A stretch of DNA of 64,000 nt from an uncultured Bacteroidota bacterium. GTDB lineage: Bacteria > Bacteroidota > Bacteroidia > Flavobacteriales > Flavobacteriaceae. The DNA lies in assembly GCA_902515395.1 (NCBI GenBank), contig CABXUL010000005.1:9958-73957 (forward strand), in the 5' to 3' direction. A model generated the notes under the pieces. It ran no database searches. It was not told where the DNA came from and saw nothing but the letters and a program-made list of their open reading frames with translations. The position numbers and the translations under genes were made by a program. Shown here in pieces: positions 17,360 through 27,560 of the stretch. Positions within the stretch are counted from its first letter, which is position 1. Each line of letters begins with the position of its first letter.

Positions 17360-19342
17360 TTAATCTACATTATCGTGTAAAAATGAATTATTGGTCCTTA
17401 ACTGAATATCATCATTTTTATCTTTATCCAATGAAATTCTAGATTCATCTGAATCTGATGAGGAATGTTGCTCTAAATCCAAGCCCATTCGCTTGTATGC
17501 GGGCTGTTTTTCAAATTCATCAATCTTACTCAAACTATGCTTAAAGGAGTGATTGAATTTTTTTAGATGCTCTTTTCTGTTCTCATTTTCAGAGGTCACA
17601 CTCTCTTGAATACTCTTATTAAATGGAGATTCAGATTTTAGATTTTCATTCTCGATGGATAAATCCAATAATTCAGATTTTTTAGATTTTTTATCAATTT
17701 CAAACTTAAAATCCATTGCCTCATTAATGGCTTTATCCTCAACTGGATTTTCTATATCATCTAATTTGTTAATAACCTTTACGTCATCAATTTCATTCTG
17801 ATTTTTGGTGGTTAATGCAAAATCGAAAGTGAATTGATTTTCAGAATCTTCATCAGCAGAAATAACAACCTCATCCACTATTTCCATATCAAGTATATCA
17901 TTGCTAAGGTTATTTATAATAAAATCATGATCCGTAACTTCCGAAACTTCCTCAAATTCTAATAGTTGGTCTTCAGTGGAATTGAATTCCAAAATTTCAT
18001 AAACTACTTCCAAGTTATTGATTTCATCTGATGAAAGAGATTCACTCTCTTTTTCAATATCAAGTTCATCAATATTAATTCGTTCTGAAATCACAGGAAT
18101 ATCAAAAATTTCTTGAGGTATAGGCTTCATTGAAATTCCATCAGAATCAAAGTCATTTTTCTTCTCTTCATGATATGTTACAGAATTATCTTCCTCTAGA
18201 TCAACTTTAGTTTTAATCGATTTATCATGATCCACATCAATAGGGGAATCAAATCCTTTGATTTCACTTGTTTCTCCCATCAAGAACTGTTCAATTGGTT
18301 GATCATCTTCAAGGGTATGAATTATTTTCTTTGCTTCAGTATTTACAATCTGATTTTGCTGATCCGAACCGAACCCAGTAGCTATAATAGTAACTGCAAT
18401 AGAGCTTCCTATATTTTCATCTTCTCCAACTCCCATAATTATATTAGCGTTGTTTCCTGCTTCCTCTTGGATATAATCATTAATACTACCTATTTCATCA
18501 ATTGTAATCTCTTCTGAGCCCGAAACAATTAATAAAAGTACATTTTTACATCCACTGATTTTATTGTCATTAAGTAATGGGGAATCTAGTGCATTTATGA
18601 TTGCCTCTTGGGCGCGGTTTTCTCCACTTGCAGATCCAGAACCCATTATGGCAGTTCCACTATCTTTAAGCACCGTTTTAGCATCTTTTAGATCAATATT
18701 TTGTCGGTAATGATGTGTTATGACCTCTGCAATTCCTCTTGCCGCTGTCGATAATACCTCATCAGCTTTTGAAAAACCAGCTTTGAAACCTAAATTACCG
18801 TATACCTCTCTTAATTTGTTATTATTTATTACTATTAGTGCATCTACATTTTTCTTAATATTTTGTAACCCAATTTCTGCTTGGTCAATTCTTAATTTTC
18901 CTTCAAATTGAAATGGCATGGTCACTATTCCTACGGTTAGAATATCCATCTCTTTTGCCATTTTTGCAATAATTGGTGCAGCTCCAGTACCAGTTCCCCC
19001 ACCCATCCCGGCAGTGATAAAGACCATTTTAGTCTGGGTCGACAGAAGGTTTTTAATTTCCTCAAAACTTTCTTTAGCAGCCATTGCCCCTACCTCTGGG
19101 TTAGCACCTGCCCCAAGACCCTCAGTTAAAGTTGCACCCAACTGGATTTTAATTGGGACAGGGCTATCATTCAATGCTTGTGCATCAGTATTTGAAATTA
19201 CAAAGTCAACCCCATTAATTCCCTTTTTGAACATGTGATTAATTGCATTACTTCCGCCTCCACCAACACCGATAACCTTGATGACATTGCTTTTGTTTTT
19301 TGGTAAATCAAAACTAAAATCATTATTCATTTCTGAATCCAT
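17360..19342 (-). CDS. ftsZ: Cell division protein FtsZ with long acidic C-terminal linker
   Basis: 660 aa. Tubulin signature GMGGGTGTGAAP, core to about aa 330, then a D/E/N/S-rich linker of about 310 aa and a terminal peptide NNSFLHDNVD. Confidence 0.95.
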   Translation of the reverse strand: MDSEMNNDFSFDLPKNKSNVIKVIGVGGGGSNAINHMFKKGINGVDFVISNTDAQALNDSPVPIKIQLGATLTEGLGAGANPEVGAMAAKESFEEIKNLLSTQTKMVFITAGMGGGTGTGAAPIIAKMAKEMDILTVGIVTMPFQFEGKLRIDQAEIGLQNIKKNVDALIVINNNKLREVYGNLGFKAGFSKADEVLSTAARGIAEVITHHYRQNIDLKDAKTVLKDSGTAIMGSGSASGENRAQEAIINALDSPLLNDNKISGCKNVLLLIVSGSEEITIDEIGSINDYIQEEAGNNANIIMGVGEDENIGSSIAVTIIATGFGSDQQNQIVNTEAKKIIHTLEDDQPIEQFLMGETSEIKGFDSPIDVDHDKSIKTKVDLEEDNSVTYHEEKKNDFDSDGISMKPIPQEIFDIPVISERINIDELDIEKESESLSSDEINNLEVVYEILEFNSTEDQLLEFEEVSEVTDHDFIINNLSNDILDMEIVDEVVISADEDSENQFTFDFALTTKNQNEIDDVKVINKLDDIENPVEDKAINEAMDFKFEIDKKSKKSELLDLSIENENLKSESPFNKSIQESVTSENENRKEHLKKFNHSFKHSLSKIDEFEKQPAYKRMGLDLEQHSSSDSDESRISLDKDKNDDIQLRTNNSFLHDNVD

Positions 19343-19353
19343 TGAGAAAAATT

Positions 19354-20679
19354 TTATGCGTTATCTAAGAATTCTTTAAACTTTTCGACCCATCGATCTA
19401 AAATGGTTTTTCTTCTATCAACCATTGGATTAATATCCTCTGACTTATTATTTTGTTCACTATCAGTTTCTCCTGGAATATCTTCCAAATGATCTTCATC
19501 TTGACTGACAATTTCTTTATGATGATCAAGTGCGTTCATTAGTAATCCAACTGCCGTGGCAAGAATCGGACTAGTCTCAGCATTTCCGGTGTCCCCCGCC
19601 AAATGTTCACTAGGGTATCCAATCCGAGTATCCATCCCTGTAATATACTCAACTAGTTGCTTCAAATGCTTTAATTGACTTCCACCACCAGTAATAACTA
19701 CCCCACCAATAAGTTTCTTTTTTTGATCATCGTGGCCATAATTTTTAATTTCTAGAAAAACCTGTTCAATTATTTCGACAACTCTTGCATTAATGATTTT
19801 GGATAGTGTCTTCAGAGAAATTTCCTTAGGTTCTCTTCCTCTTAATCCAGGAATAGAAACAATCTCAGAATCTCTATTTTCACCAGGCCATGAGGACCCA
19901 AATTTAATTTTTAATAATTCAGCCTGTTTCTCAATTATTGAACAGCCCTCTTTAATATCCTCTGTAATTACATTTCCTCCGAAAGGAATTACCGCTGTAT
20001 GCCTAATTATACCGTCTTTAAAAATAGCCAAGTCTGTAGTTCCACCACCAATATCAATCAATGCTACTCCGGCCTCTTTTTCTTCTTGACTTAATACAGC
20101 CTCAGATGAAGCCAGAGGTTCTAAAGTAATATTGCCCATCTTAAGACCTGCACTTTTTACACACCTTCCAATATTTTTAATAGATGACACCTGACCGACT
20201 ACAACATGAAAATTGGCCTCTAACCTTCCTCCATACATTCCTATAGGCTCTTTGATCTCAGCTTGACCATCTACTTTATATTCTTGAGGTAAAACGTGGA
20301 TAATTTCCTCTCCAGGAAGCATCACCAACTTATAAACCTGTTGAACCAGACGTTCTACATCGTCAATTGAAATGACTTCCTGTGGATTAGGTCTGGTAAT
20401 GTAATCACTATGCTGTAGGCTTCTAATATGCTGTCCTGCAATCCCAACGACCACCTCATCTATAACTTCGCCTGAAAGCGTTTTGGCTTCCTCAATAGCT
20501 TGGTTAATAGATTGAATTGTTTGTGTGATATTGTTAACTACGCCTCTATGTACTCCTAAACTTTTTGACTTACCTACACCGAGTATTTCAACTTTATTAA
20601 ATTCATTTTTAGCTCCAACCATTGCAACGATCTTTGTCGTTCCAATATCTAAACCAACAGAAATATTTGAATTCTTCAT
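19354..20679 (-). CDS. ftsA: Cell division protein FtsA
   Basis: 441 aa. Actin-like ATPase motifs DIGTTKI and DIGGGTTD, with a C-terminal amphipathic helix (ILDRWVEKFKEFL). Confidence 0.95.
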   Translation of the reverse strand: MKNSNISVGLDIGTTKIVAMVGAKNEFNKVEILGVGKSKSLGVHRGVVNNITQTIQSINQAIEEAKTLSGEVIDEVVVGIAGQHIRSLQHSDYITRPNPQEVISIDDVERLVQQVYKLVMLPGEEIIHVLPQEYKVDGQAEIKEPIGMYGGRLEANFHVVVGQVSSIKNIGRCVKSAGLKMGNITLEPLASSEAVLSQEEKEAGVALIDIGGGTTDLAIFKDGIIRHTAVIPFGGNVITEDIKEGCSIIEKQAELLKIKFGSSWPGENRDSEIVSIPGLRGREPKEISLKTLSKIINARVVEIIEQVFLEIKNYGHDDQKKKLIGGVVITGGGSQLKHLKQLVEYITGMDTRIGYPSEHLAGDTGNAETSPILATAVGLLMNALDHHKEIVSQDEDHLEDIPGETDSEQNNKSEDINPMVDRRKTILDRWVEKFKEFLDNA

Positions 20680-20688
20680 ATGTTTATT

Positions 20689-21396
20689 TTAAGATCCAAC
20701 TATTTGATTTTTATATTTTAAACTAATTAGTTTATATTTTTTTTCTAATTCATTATTATCTTGATAAGCACAGAAAACTTTAAGCTTTAAAAGCTTATCT
20801 GAAACCTTTGACATGCTTCCAATTTCAACTTCAAAATCATAGGATCTAAGTCCCACAAAAAAGGAATTAGATTTATGATAAATTGTTTTTAATTCACTTT
20901 TCAAAAAAGGGTCTTCATTAAAAAAATTTACCAGTGCTAAAAGGTTATTTTTGTTAAAACTATTAAGTTCACCAATGAAAACTGGAACCAACGGGGAATA
21001 GGACTCAGATATTGGGAATTCGCTTCCAAAATTATCCAAATAATAAGTATTATCTCCTTGAATCATGACAAGTGGCTTTTTCTCTAAAATATTTATTCCT
21101 AAAGTTCCTTCTGGAAAACAAAAAACCTCAGCATTTGAAATATAAGGTGTATTCTCAAGCAAAGCTTCAAGCTTAATCAAATCTAAACTATCTTTAGTCT
21201 CACATGAAAGCTCACCAATATTTTGTATTAACAATTTATTAACGGTTGAAAGGGATAAGAACTTGGGTCCATCACTTTTAAAATTAATACTGATATGTCC
21301 AATTTCTCGTAGTTTATTTTGTTGATGAGCAAATGCCGATAACAATATTAATCCTATTAATGTCAATCCAAAAAAGATATTGTTTTTAAGTTTCAT
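20689..21396 (-). CDS. ftsQ: Cell division protein FtsQ-like
   Basis: 235 aa with a single N-terminal TM helix followed by a POTRA-like region. Located between murC and ftsA. Confidence 0.7.
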   Translation of the reverse strand: MKLKNNIFFGLTLIGLILLSAFAHQQNKLREIGHISINFKSDGPKFLSLSTVNKLLIQNIGELSCETKDSLDLIKLEALLENTPYISNAEVFCFPEGTLGINILEKKPLVMIQGDNTYYLDNFGSEFPISESYSPLVPVFIGELNSFNKNNLLALVNFFNEDPFLKSELKTIYHKSNSFFVGLRSYDFEVEIGSMSKVSDKLLKLKVFCAYQDNNELEKKYKLISLKYKNQIVGS

Positions 21397-22723
21397 TATG
21401 AATATTCTTTTTGAGGTTTTCTACACAATTCCCTATGTCACCCGCTCCTAAAATTACAATAAGGTCCGCTTTAGGGTCCTCAACTGTTGAAGTGAAATTA
21501 TTTCTAGTTATAATTTGCTTATTGGGATTGTTAATTAAATCCAATAACGCATGAGATGTTACTCCAGGAATTGGATCCTCTCTTGCTGGATATATATCCA
21601 TTAATGCAATCTGATCAAATCGGCTTAAGATTTTAGCAAATTCTTCCATAAAATCTCTAGTTCTAGAATAAAGGTGGGGCTGAAAAATAACCTTGTTTAT
21701 TTTTTCCTTAAAGAAAGACTGAGTTGTATTTAATACTGCCTTTATCTCCTTTGGGTGGTGAGCATAATCGTCAATTATTGTCTTTCCGTTGTATTTGAAG
21801 ATGTCCATTCTACGGGTCACGCCCTCGAAGTGTGCTAGGCTTGGTAGTGCCTTTTCAACATCTAAGCCTGCAACGTGCATTAGAGATGCTGCACCAATTG
21901 CATTAGAAAGGTTGTGCTTTCCTATCAGATTTAGATAAACATCCTTAAATTTCTTATCTGGAGTATTAAAATCAAAATAATAGCCTCCCTGATTAACTCT
22001 AATATTAGATCCATAATAAGTTGCTTTTTTCTCAACTGCATAAGTTAATCCTTCAATATCTAGTTCACTGGCTAAAATAAGTTTTTGAGAAATTTTTTTT
22101 GAAAAATCATTGAATGCTTTCTTCATTTCAGAGTGATCACCATAAATATCTAGATGGTCTGGATCAATTGATGTAATACACCCATAATCTGGGAATAATT
22201 GTAAAAATGATCGATCATATTCATCCGCTTCTACAATAGCATATTTATTTCCCCTATTTATTAGATTGCTATTGTCTGAATTTAAAACTCCACCAAGGAA
22301 AGCAGTATACTCCAAATTAGCATATTTAAATAAATGGGATAAAAAAGAGGCCGTGGTAGTCTTACCATGAGTCCCTGCAATAGCAAAGACTATTGAATCT
22401 TTTGTTATTTCTCCAAGTAAAACTGCTCTTTTCTTAATCGAAAAACCTTTATCAATAAAATAGTTGTACTGAGCATGATCTTTTGGAATAGCGGGGGTGT
22501 AGATCACCTGAGTGTTTTCTTTATTAAAATCTGAAGGAATTAGCTCGACTTCATCATCAAATAGAATTGAAATTCCAGATTGAACTAATTTTGAAGTATT
22601 ATTACTAGGTGTTTTGTCATAACCCATTACATTAAAACCTTTATCAAACAAATATTTTGCTAGAGATGACATACCGATTCCACCTATACCCAAAAAATAA
22701 TATTTTATCCCCTTTTGATCCAT
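21386..22723 (-). CDS. murC: UDP-N-acetylmuramate--L-alanine ligase
   Basis: 445 aa with GIGGIGMS and AGTHGKTTT Mur ligase motifs, in dcw context. Confidence 0.9.
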   Translation of the reverse strand: MDQKGIKYYFLGIGGIGMSSLAKYLFDKGFNVMGYDKTPSNNTSKLVQSGISILFDDEVELIPSDFNKENTQVIYTPAIPKDHAQYNYFIDKGFSIKKRAVLLGEITKDSIVFAIAGTHGKTTTASFLSHLFKYANLEYTAFLGGVLNSDNSNLINRGNKYAIVEADEYDRSFLQLFPDYGCITSIDPDHLDIYGDHSEMKKAFNDFSKKISQKLILASELDIEGLTYAVEKKATYYGSNIRVNQGGYYFDFNTPDKKFKDVYLNLIGKHNLSNAIGAASLMHVAGLDVEKALPSLAHFEGVTRRMDIFKYNGKTIIDDYAHHPKEIKAVLNTTQSFFKEKINKVIFQPHLYSRTRDFMEEFAKILSRFDQIALMDIYPAREDPIPGVTSHALLDLINNPNKQIITRNNFTSTVEDPKADLIVILGAGDIGNCVENLKKNIHNET

Positions 22724-23806
22724 TTACATCAATTCTTCAATATGATTTACAATTTCCTTTGCAGCATCAGGTTTTGCAAATCGCTTTAAATTTTCAATGA
22801 ATTCCTTTTGTTTCTCTTCATCTAATAATGTCTTGAAAGATCCCTCAAACTGAGTATTTAAATTTTTCTCAGTTACAACTAGGGCTGCATTTCGATTTGC
22901 AAATGCCATAGCATTATGGAATTGGTGATTTTCAGCTACATTTGGTGAAGGAATTAATATCACTGGTTTACCAACACAGCTTAGCTCAGATAGGGTCGCT
23001 GCCCCAGCTCTTGAAATAATGAAATCTGCGGAAGCATAAAGTTGATCCATTTCATTTATAAAAGCTAAAATTTTAACCTCATCACATGATAATCCTTTAT
23101 ACTTTTCATAGTATAAGGAGCCACATTGCCAGATAATTTGAATATCAAGGGAACGAAACCAATCTAATTTTTCAGCAATCAGGTTATTGATTCTTTTAGC
23201 ACCAAGACTTCCACCTAAAACAACTAGAGTTTGTCTATTAGGTTTTAGTTCAAAGTGTTTTTTAGCCTTTAAGGCATCTACGCAACATATTTCTATTGAT
23301 TTCCTGATAGGGTTACCCGTAAATACTATTTTTTCTCTTGGAAAGTACCGATCTAGGCCTTCATATGCAACAGCTATTTTGTCTACATTTCTGGACAGTA
23401 TTTTATTAGTTATTCCAGGGTAAGAATTTTGCTCTTGAATCAAAGAGGGTATCTTTAATAAATTGGCAACAAAAATCAGTGGACCGCTAGCAAACCCTCC
23501 AGTACCGACAACAATAATCGGTTTATTTATCATTAATATAAATAATGATTTGATTAGACTAAAAAATAATTTTATTGGAAACATAAGGTTTTTCAGGGAG
23601 AAATTTCTTTGAAATCCATCAATCCAAAGACCAATAATATTATACCCAGCAGCTGGCACTTTTGTCATCTCAACTCTTCCTAGTGATCCTACAAATAAAA
23701 TTTCCACATCTTTAAAACGAACTTTAAGCTCCTCAGCTATTGCTAAAGCAGGAAATAAATGACCTCCTGTTCCTCCCCCCGATATAATTATTTTAGATGT
23801 TTTCAC
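22724..23806 (-). CDS. murG: UDP-N-acetylglucosamine--N-acetylmuramyl-(pentapeptide) pyrophosphoryl-undecaprenol GlcNAc transferase
   Basis: 360 aa with the SGGGTGGHLFPA N-terminal motif, in dcw context. Confidence 0.9.
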   Translation of the reverse strand: MKTSKIIISGGGTGGHLFPALAIAEELKVRFKDVEILFVGSLGRVEMTKVPAAGYNIIGLWIDGFQRNFSLKNLMFPIKLFFSLIKSLFILMINKPIIVVGTGGFASGPLIFVANLLKIPSLIQEQNSYPGITNKILSRNVDKIAVAYEGLDRYFPREKIVFTGNPIRKSIEICCVDALKAKKHFELKPNRQTLVVLGGSLGAKRINNLIAEKLDWFRSLDIQIIWQCGSLYYEKYKGLSCDEVKILAFINEMDQLYASADFIISRAGAATLSELSCVGKPVILIPSPNVAENHQFHNAMAFANRNAALVVTEKNLNTQFEGSFKTLLDEEKQKEFIENLKRFAKPDAAKEIVNHIEELM

Positions 23807-24995
23807 TCAATATTGCAATTGGGTTATGGTTATCATCATTTTCGAATTCGGATTTTTCTTTGTTTAGTGTTGCGCTAACACTTAAAATAATTCCAAAAGT
23901 AATACAGGTCATCCAAGCCGCAGTACCCCCGCTACTAATTAAAGGTAAAGTTTGCCCCGTTACTGGCAGAACCTGTAAAGCGACCCCCATGTTTACAAAT
24001 GCTTGAAAAATTATGGGAAGTCCCAAGCCTAAAACCAATAATTTCCCAAATACTGTATTGGCCTTATTTGCAATCACCACTATTCTAAACATTACTATCA
24101 AGTACAATAAAATCAAAAACGTTCCGCCGATAAGTCCAAATTCTTCTACTATAATTGCATAGATAAAATCAGAAGAACTCTGTGGTAAAAAGTTTTTCAT
24201 TACACTTTTTCCAGCCCCTACTCCCAACAAACCCCCAGTTGATATTGCAATTTTAGCCCTTTCTATTTGATAATTACCATCACTTTCTTCAGAGATACTA
24301 AAGTTAACTATTCGATTTATCCAAGTATCTAATCTGTTTGGCAACATGTCAGGATAGGCTTTTACTGTTAGAACAAAAATTACTGAAAGTACCAAACCAA
24401 CCCCAAATATTCCGAAAAGATATTTAATTGGATAACCTCCTAAAAAAACCAAAATCAATATCATCAAAAACAGTAAAGCTGCTGTGGAAAGGTTAGCAGG
24501 AAGAATAAGGAATATTACTGTAAAAACTGGAAGCCAAAGCGGTATAATTGAACTTTTAAATTTAAATATTCTAGTACTTCCTTTTGAAATTAAATGAGCT
24601 ACATAAGTTAATAAAACAACTGAGGCAAGATTTGAAGTTTGGAAACTCAAACCAACAAAAGGAATTTCGATCCATCGATTTGCATTAGCACCATCTATCA
24701 AATTTCCTTGACTAGCAGTATATATTAGTAGAAAAATAGTCAACGGAAGAGCGAGAATTGAAATACCTTTAAAATAGTGATAAGGAACTCTGTGAATTGT
24801 AATCATTAATGCAAAACCAAATATAATAACTATAAAATGCTTCAAAAGATGACCCCAGGGTGTACCTTGACCCACTACATATGCCAAATTAGAACTTGTA
24901 CTAAATATTGGAAGAAAAGAGAATATTGAAAGTAAGGCGAGGGCTACCCACAATACCCGATCGCCTGAAATTATATTTTTCACACTTGCCTCCAT
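23793..24995 (-). CDS. ftsW: SEDS-family peptidoglycan glycosyltransferase FtsW
   Basis: Multi-TM protein with the LPLISSGGTA motif. I place the start at ATG 24995 (MEASVKNIISGDR), 1 nt after the murD stop. The longer ORF to 25097 would overlap murD by about 100 nt. Confidence 0.85.
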   Translation of the reverse strand: MEASVKNIISGDRVLWVALALLSIFSFLPIFSTSSNLAYVVGQGTPWGHLLKHFIVIIFGFALMITIHRVPYHYFKGISILALPLTIFLLIYTASQGNLIDGANANRWIEIPFVGLSFQTSNLASVVLLTYVAHLISKGSTRIFKFKSSIIPLWLPVFTVIFLILPANLSTAALLFLMILILVFLGGYPIKYLFGIFGVGLVLSVIFVLTVKAYPDMLPNRLDTWINRIVNFSISEESDGNYQIERAKIAISTGGLLGVGAGKSVMKNFLPQSSSDFIYAIIVEEFGLIGGTFLILLYLIVMFRIVVIANKANTVFGKLLVLGLGLPIIFQAFVNMGVALQVLPVTGQTLPLISSGGTAAWMTCITFGIILSVSATLNKEKSEFENDDNHNPIAILSENI

Positions 24996-24996
24996 T

Positions 24997-26334
24997 TTAT
25001 AATTCTCTGACAGCTTGTTTGAACTGCATTCCCCGGTCCTCATAGTTTTCAAATAGATCAAAACTTGCACAGGCAGGTGAGAGTAATACATTTTCATTTT
25101 TATCGGCTATCTTGTGAGCGATCATAACAGCCTGTTTCATTGATTGCGTCTCTAATATTATGTCTATAAAAGGATTAAAAGAATCAATTATTTTTTGATT
25201 ATCAATTCCTAAACAAACAATAGCTTTTACTTTTTCTCTAACCAAAGGATAAAGCGCCTCATAATCATTCCCTTTATCGACACCTCCGACAATCCAAACT
25301 GTGGGTGATTTCATACTTTCAAGAGCAAAATAAACCGAATTGATATTTGTTGCTTTTGAGTCATTTATAAAATTAATTTTTTCAATCTTTAGAACCTGTT
25401 CTAATCGGTGAGGAGCACCCTTAAAATTCAAAAGACTTTCCCGGATAGTCTTTTTGCTGACTTCCAGTAAATTTGCTACCGTACTAGCAGCCATAGCGTT
25501 TAAAAGGTTGTGTCGTCCTTTTAAGGTAAAATCTAATGTATCGATCATTATTTTTTCTTTTTTTGTTTTTATGACGATTTGGTCATCCTCTAAGTATGTT
25601 GTATTTGTATCAAAAGAATTGTATCCAAAACCGTAAATCGTGGCTTGGGTATCAATTTGCTTAATTGCTTTATTCAATTCTGGATCATCAGCATTGAATA
25701 ACAAGAAGTCCCTTTGAGTTTGGTTTTGATTGATCCGTAATTTTGATTTTAAATATTTACTAAAATCATTATCATAACGGTCAAGATGATCTGGAGTTAT
25801 ATTCGTAATTACCCCAATTTTAGGGGCAAAATTAATTATATCATCTAATTGAAAACTGCTAATCTCTAAAACGTAATACTCATGATCATTTTCAGCAACA
25901 TCTTTAGCAAAACTATTACCTATGTTTCCTACTAGTCCAACGTCAAAACCAGCCGTTTTAAGTATATGATGTGTAAGCATAGCAGTGGTAGTTTTTCCAT
26001 TACTGCCAGTAATTCCGATTAAGACAGCATCGGTGTATTTTGATGCAAATTCAATTTCTGATACTAAAGGGATTCGTAAGGATTTGAGTTCTTCTATCAA
26101 GGGAATTTTAGATGATATTCCTGGGCTTTTCATCACATATTTTGCTCCCTGCATTTTAGAAAGTGTATGAGTGTTTTCTTCCCAATCAATTCCCAATTTA
26201 TTAAAATGTTCTTTGGTTCCTTCCGCAATGGGTGACTTGTCCGAAACAAAAACATCATACCCATGCTTTTTGGCTAAAATTGCTGTGCCATTTCCACTTA
26301 CTCCAGCTCCCAAAATGACAATTTTATCTGCCAT
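24997..26334 (-). CDS. murD: UDP-N-acetylmuramoylalanine--D-glutamate ligase
   Basis: 445 aa with ILGAGVSG and GITGSNGKTTT motifs, in dcw context. Confidence 0.9.
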   Translation of the reverse strand: MADKIVILGAGVSGNGTAILAKKHGYDVFVSDKSPIAEGTKEHFNKLGIDWEENTHTLSKMQGAKYVMKSPGISSKIPLIEELKSLRIPLVSEIEFASKYTDAVLIGITGSNGKTTTAMLTHHILKTAGFDVGLVGNIGNSFAKDVAENDHEYYVLEISSFQLDDIINFAPKIGVITNITPDHLDRYDNDFSKYLKSKLRINQNQTQRDFLLFNADDPELNKAIKQIDTQATIYGFGYNSFDTNTTYLEDDQIVIKTKKEKIMIDTLDFTLKGRHNLLNAMAASTVANLLEVSKKTIRESLLNFKGAPHRLEQVLKIEKINFINDSKATNINSVYFALESMKSPTVWIVGGVDKGNDYEALYPLVREKVKAIVCLGIDNQKIIDSFNPFIDIILETQSMKQAVMIAHKIADKNENVLLSPACASFDLFENYEDRGMQFKQAVREL

Positions 26335-27557
26335 TATCTAATTTTTAAGGTTACAATAGAAAGAACCGCTAGTATGATTCCTATTATCCAAAAACGAGCA
26401 ACTATTTTGCTTTCGTGATAACCCATTTTTTGAAAATGATGATGGAGAGGAGACATTCTGAATATTCTTCTTCCAACTCCAGTCTTTTTTTTGGAGTATT
26501 TAAAATAACCTACTTGAAGAATTACTGATACATTTTCCACTAAGAAGACTCCACAAAGCAATGGAATCAATAATTCTTTTCTAACAATCAAGGCGATAAC
26601 TGCAATTATCGCCCCAATTGTCAGACTACCAGTATCTCCCATAAAAACTGTAGCTGGATAGGCATTGAACCATAAAAAACCAATCAGCGCTCCAGAAAAG
26701 GCCGCTACAAAAATTACCACCTCACCTACATTAGGTATATACATGATATTTAAATAATCAGAAAAAATCGAATTTCCCGAGACCCATGCAAAAATACCCA
26801 GTGCCAGTACTATAATGGCAGATGAGCCAGCGGCCAAACCATCTATACCGTCTGTTAGGTTTGCCCCATTTGAAACTGCTGTTAGAATAAAAATGACAAT
26901 TGGAATAAACACTGCCCAAGTGTAGCGTTTCATTGCAGGTGAGATCCAAGTAACTAAATCTGAATAATCAAAAGCATTATCTTTAATTAAAGGAATAGTT
27001 GTTAATGTAGATTTTTTTTCATGATTAAAAACTTCCTCTATTTTAGTATTTCTATCACTTTCAAAGGTTCTGATTTCCTCTTTAACAGTTACTTCAGGAT
27101 GAAAATATAAAACTGAACCTATAATTGCACCTAAAAAAATTTGTCCAAATAATTTAAACTTTCCCTTTAAACCATCTTTATGTCTTTTGAATATTTTAAT
27201 ATAATCGTCTACCAATCCAATTGCTCCCATACTAAGGGTGGAAATAATTAATAAAATGATATAAATATTTTCCAATTTAGCCAATAGAAATACTGGAATA
27301 AGGGTACCCAAAATAATAATCACCCCACCCATTGTGGGGGTACCTGCTTTTTCTTTTTCCCCCATTAAACCAAGATCTCTAACTGATTCTCGTATTTGTT
27401 TAGCTTTTAAAAATTGAATGATGATTCTTCCATAAATCAAAGAAAAAAGCAACGATATGATAATTGCTAATGACGCCCTAAATGATATGAATTGAAAAAG
27501 AGTTGCTCCTGGAAACTGAAATTTTTGCTCAATAAACTCAAATAGATAGTACAACAT
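26334..27557 (-). CDS. mraY: Phospho-N-acetylmuramoyl-pentapeptide transferase
   Basis: 407 aa, polytopic, with [25 protein letters not shown] and HHHF motifs. Confidence 0.95.
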   Translation of the reverse strand: MLYYLFEFIEQKFQFPGATLFQFISFRASLAIIISLLFSLIYGRIIIQFLKAKQIRESVRDLGLMGEKEKAGTPTMGGVIIILGTLIPVFLLAKLENIYIILLIISTLSMGAIGLVDDYIKIFKRHKDGLKGKFKLFGQIFLGAIIGSVLYFHPEVTVKEEIRTFESDRNTKIEEVFNHEKKSTLTTIPLIKDNAFDYSDLVTWISPAMKRYTWAVFIPIVIFILTAVSNGANLTDGIDGLAAGSSAIIVLALGIFAWVSGNSIFSDYLNIMYIPNVGEVVIFVAAFSGALIGFLWFNAYPATVFMGDTGSLTIGAIIAVIALIVRKELLIPLLCGVFLVENVSVILQVGYFKYSKKKTGVGRRIFRMSPLHHHFQKMGYHESKIVARFWIIGIILAVLSIVTLKIR

Positions 27558-27560
27558 AAT

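Noticed and set aside
18918-19238. 106-aa ORF antisense to the ftsZ core. Similar short antisense ORFs occur inside GH15, otsA, the sulfatase, PL8, ftsA, murG, ftsW, murD, mraY, murE, ftsI, dnaG, queA, gcvP and others.
   Set aside because: All are nested opposite confidently identified genes. They have no start context or motifs, and their Pro/Ala/Ile-rich composition mirrors the sense-strand Gly codons.
24996-25097. N-terminal extension of the ftsW ORF. Analogous extensions occur at rsmH to 32139, queA to 43391, aroA to 44725, obg to 50562, KAS III from 59281 and mlaE from 60405.
   Set aside because: The extensions overlap the upstream gene or promoter. Internal ATGs give canonical family N-termini with tight spacing, so I used the shorter models.
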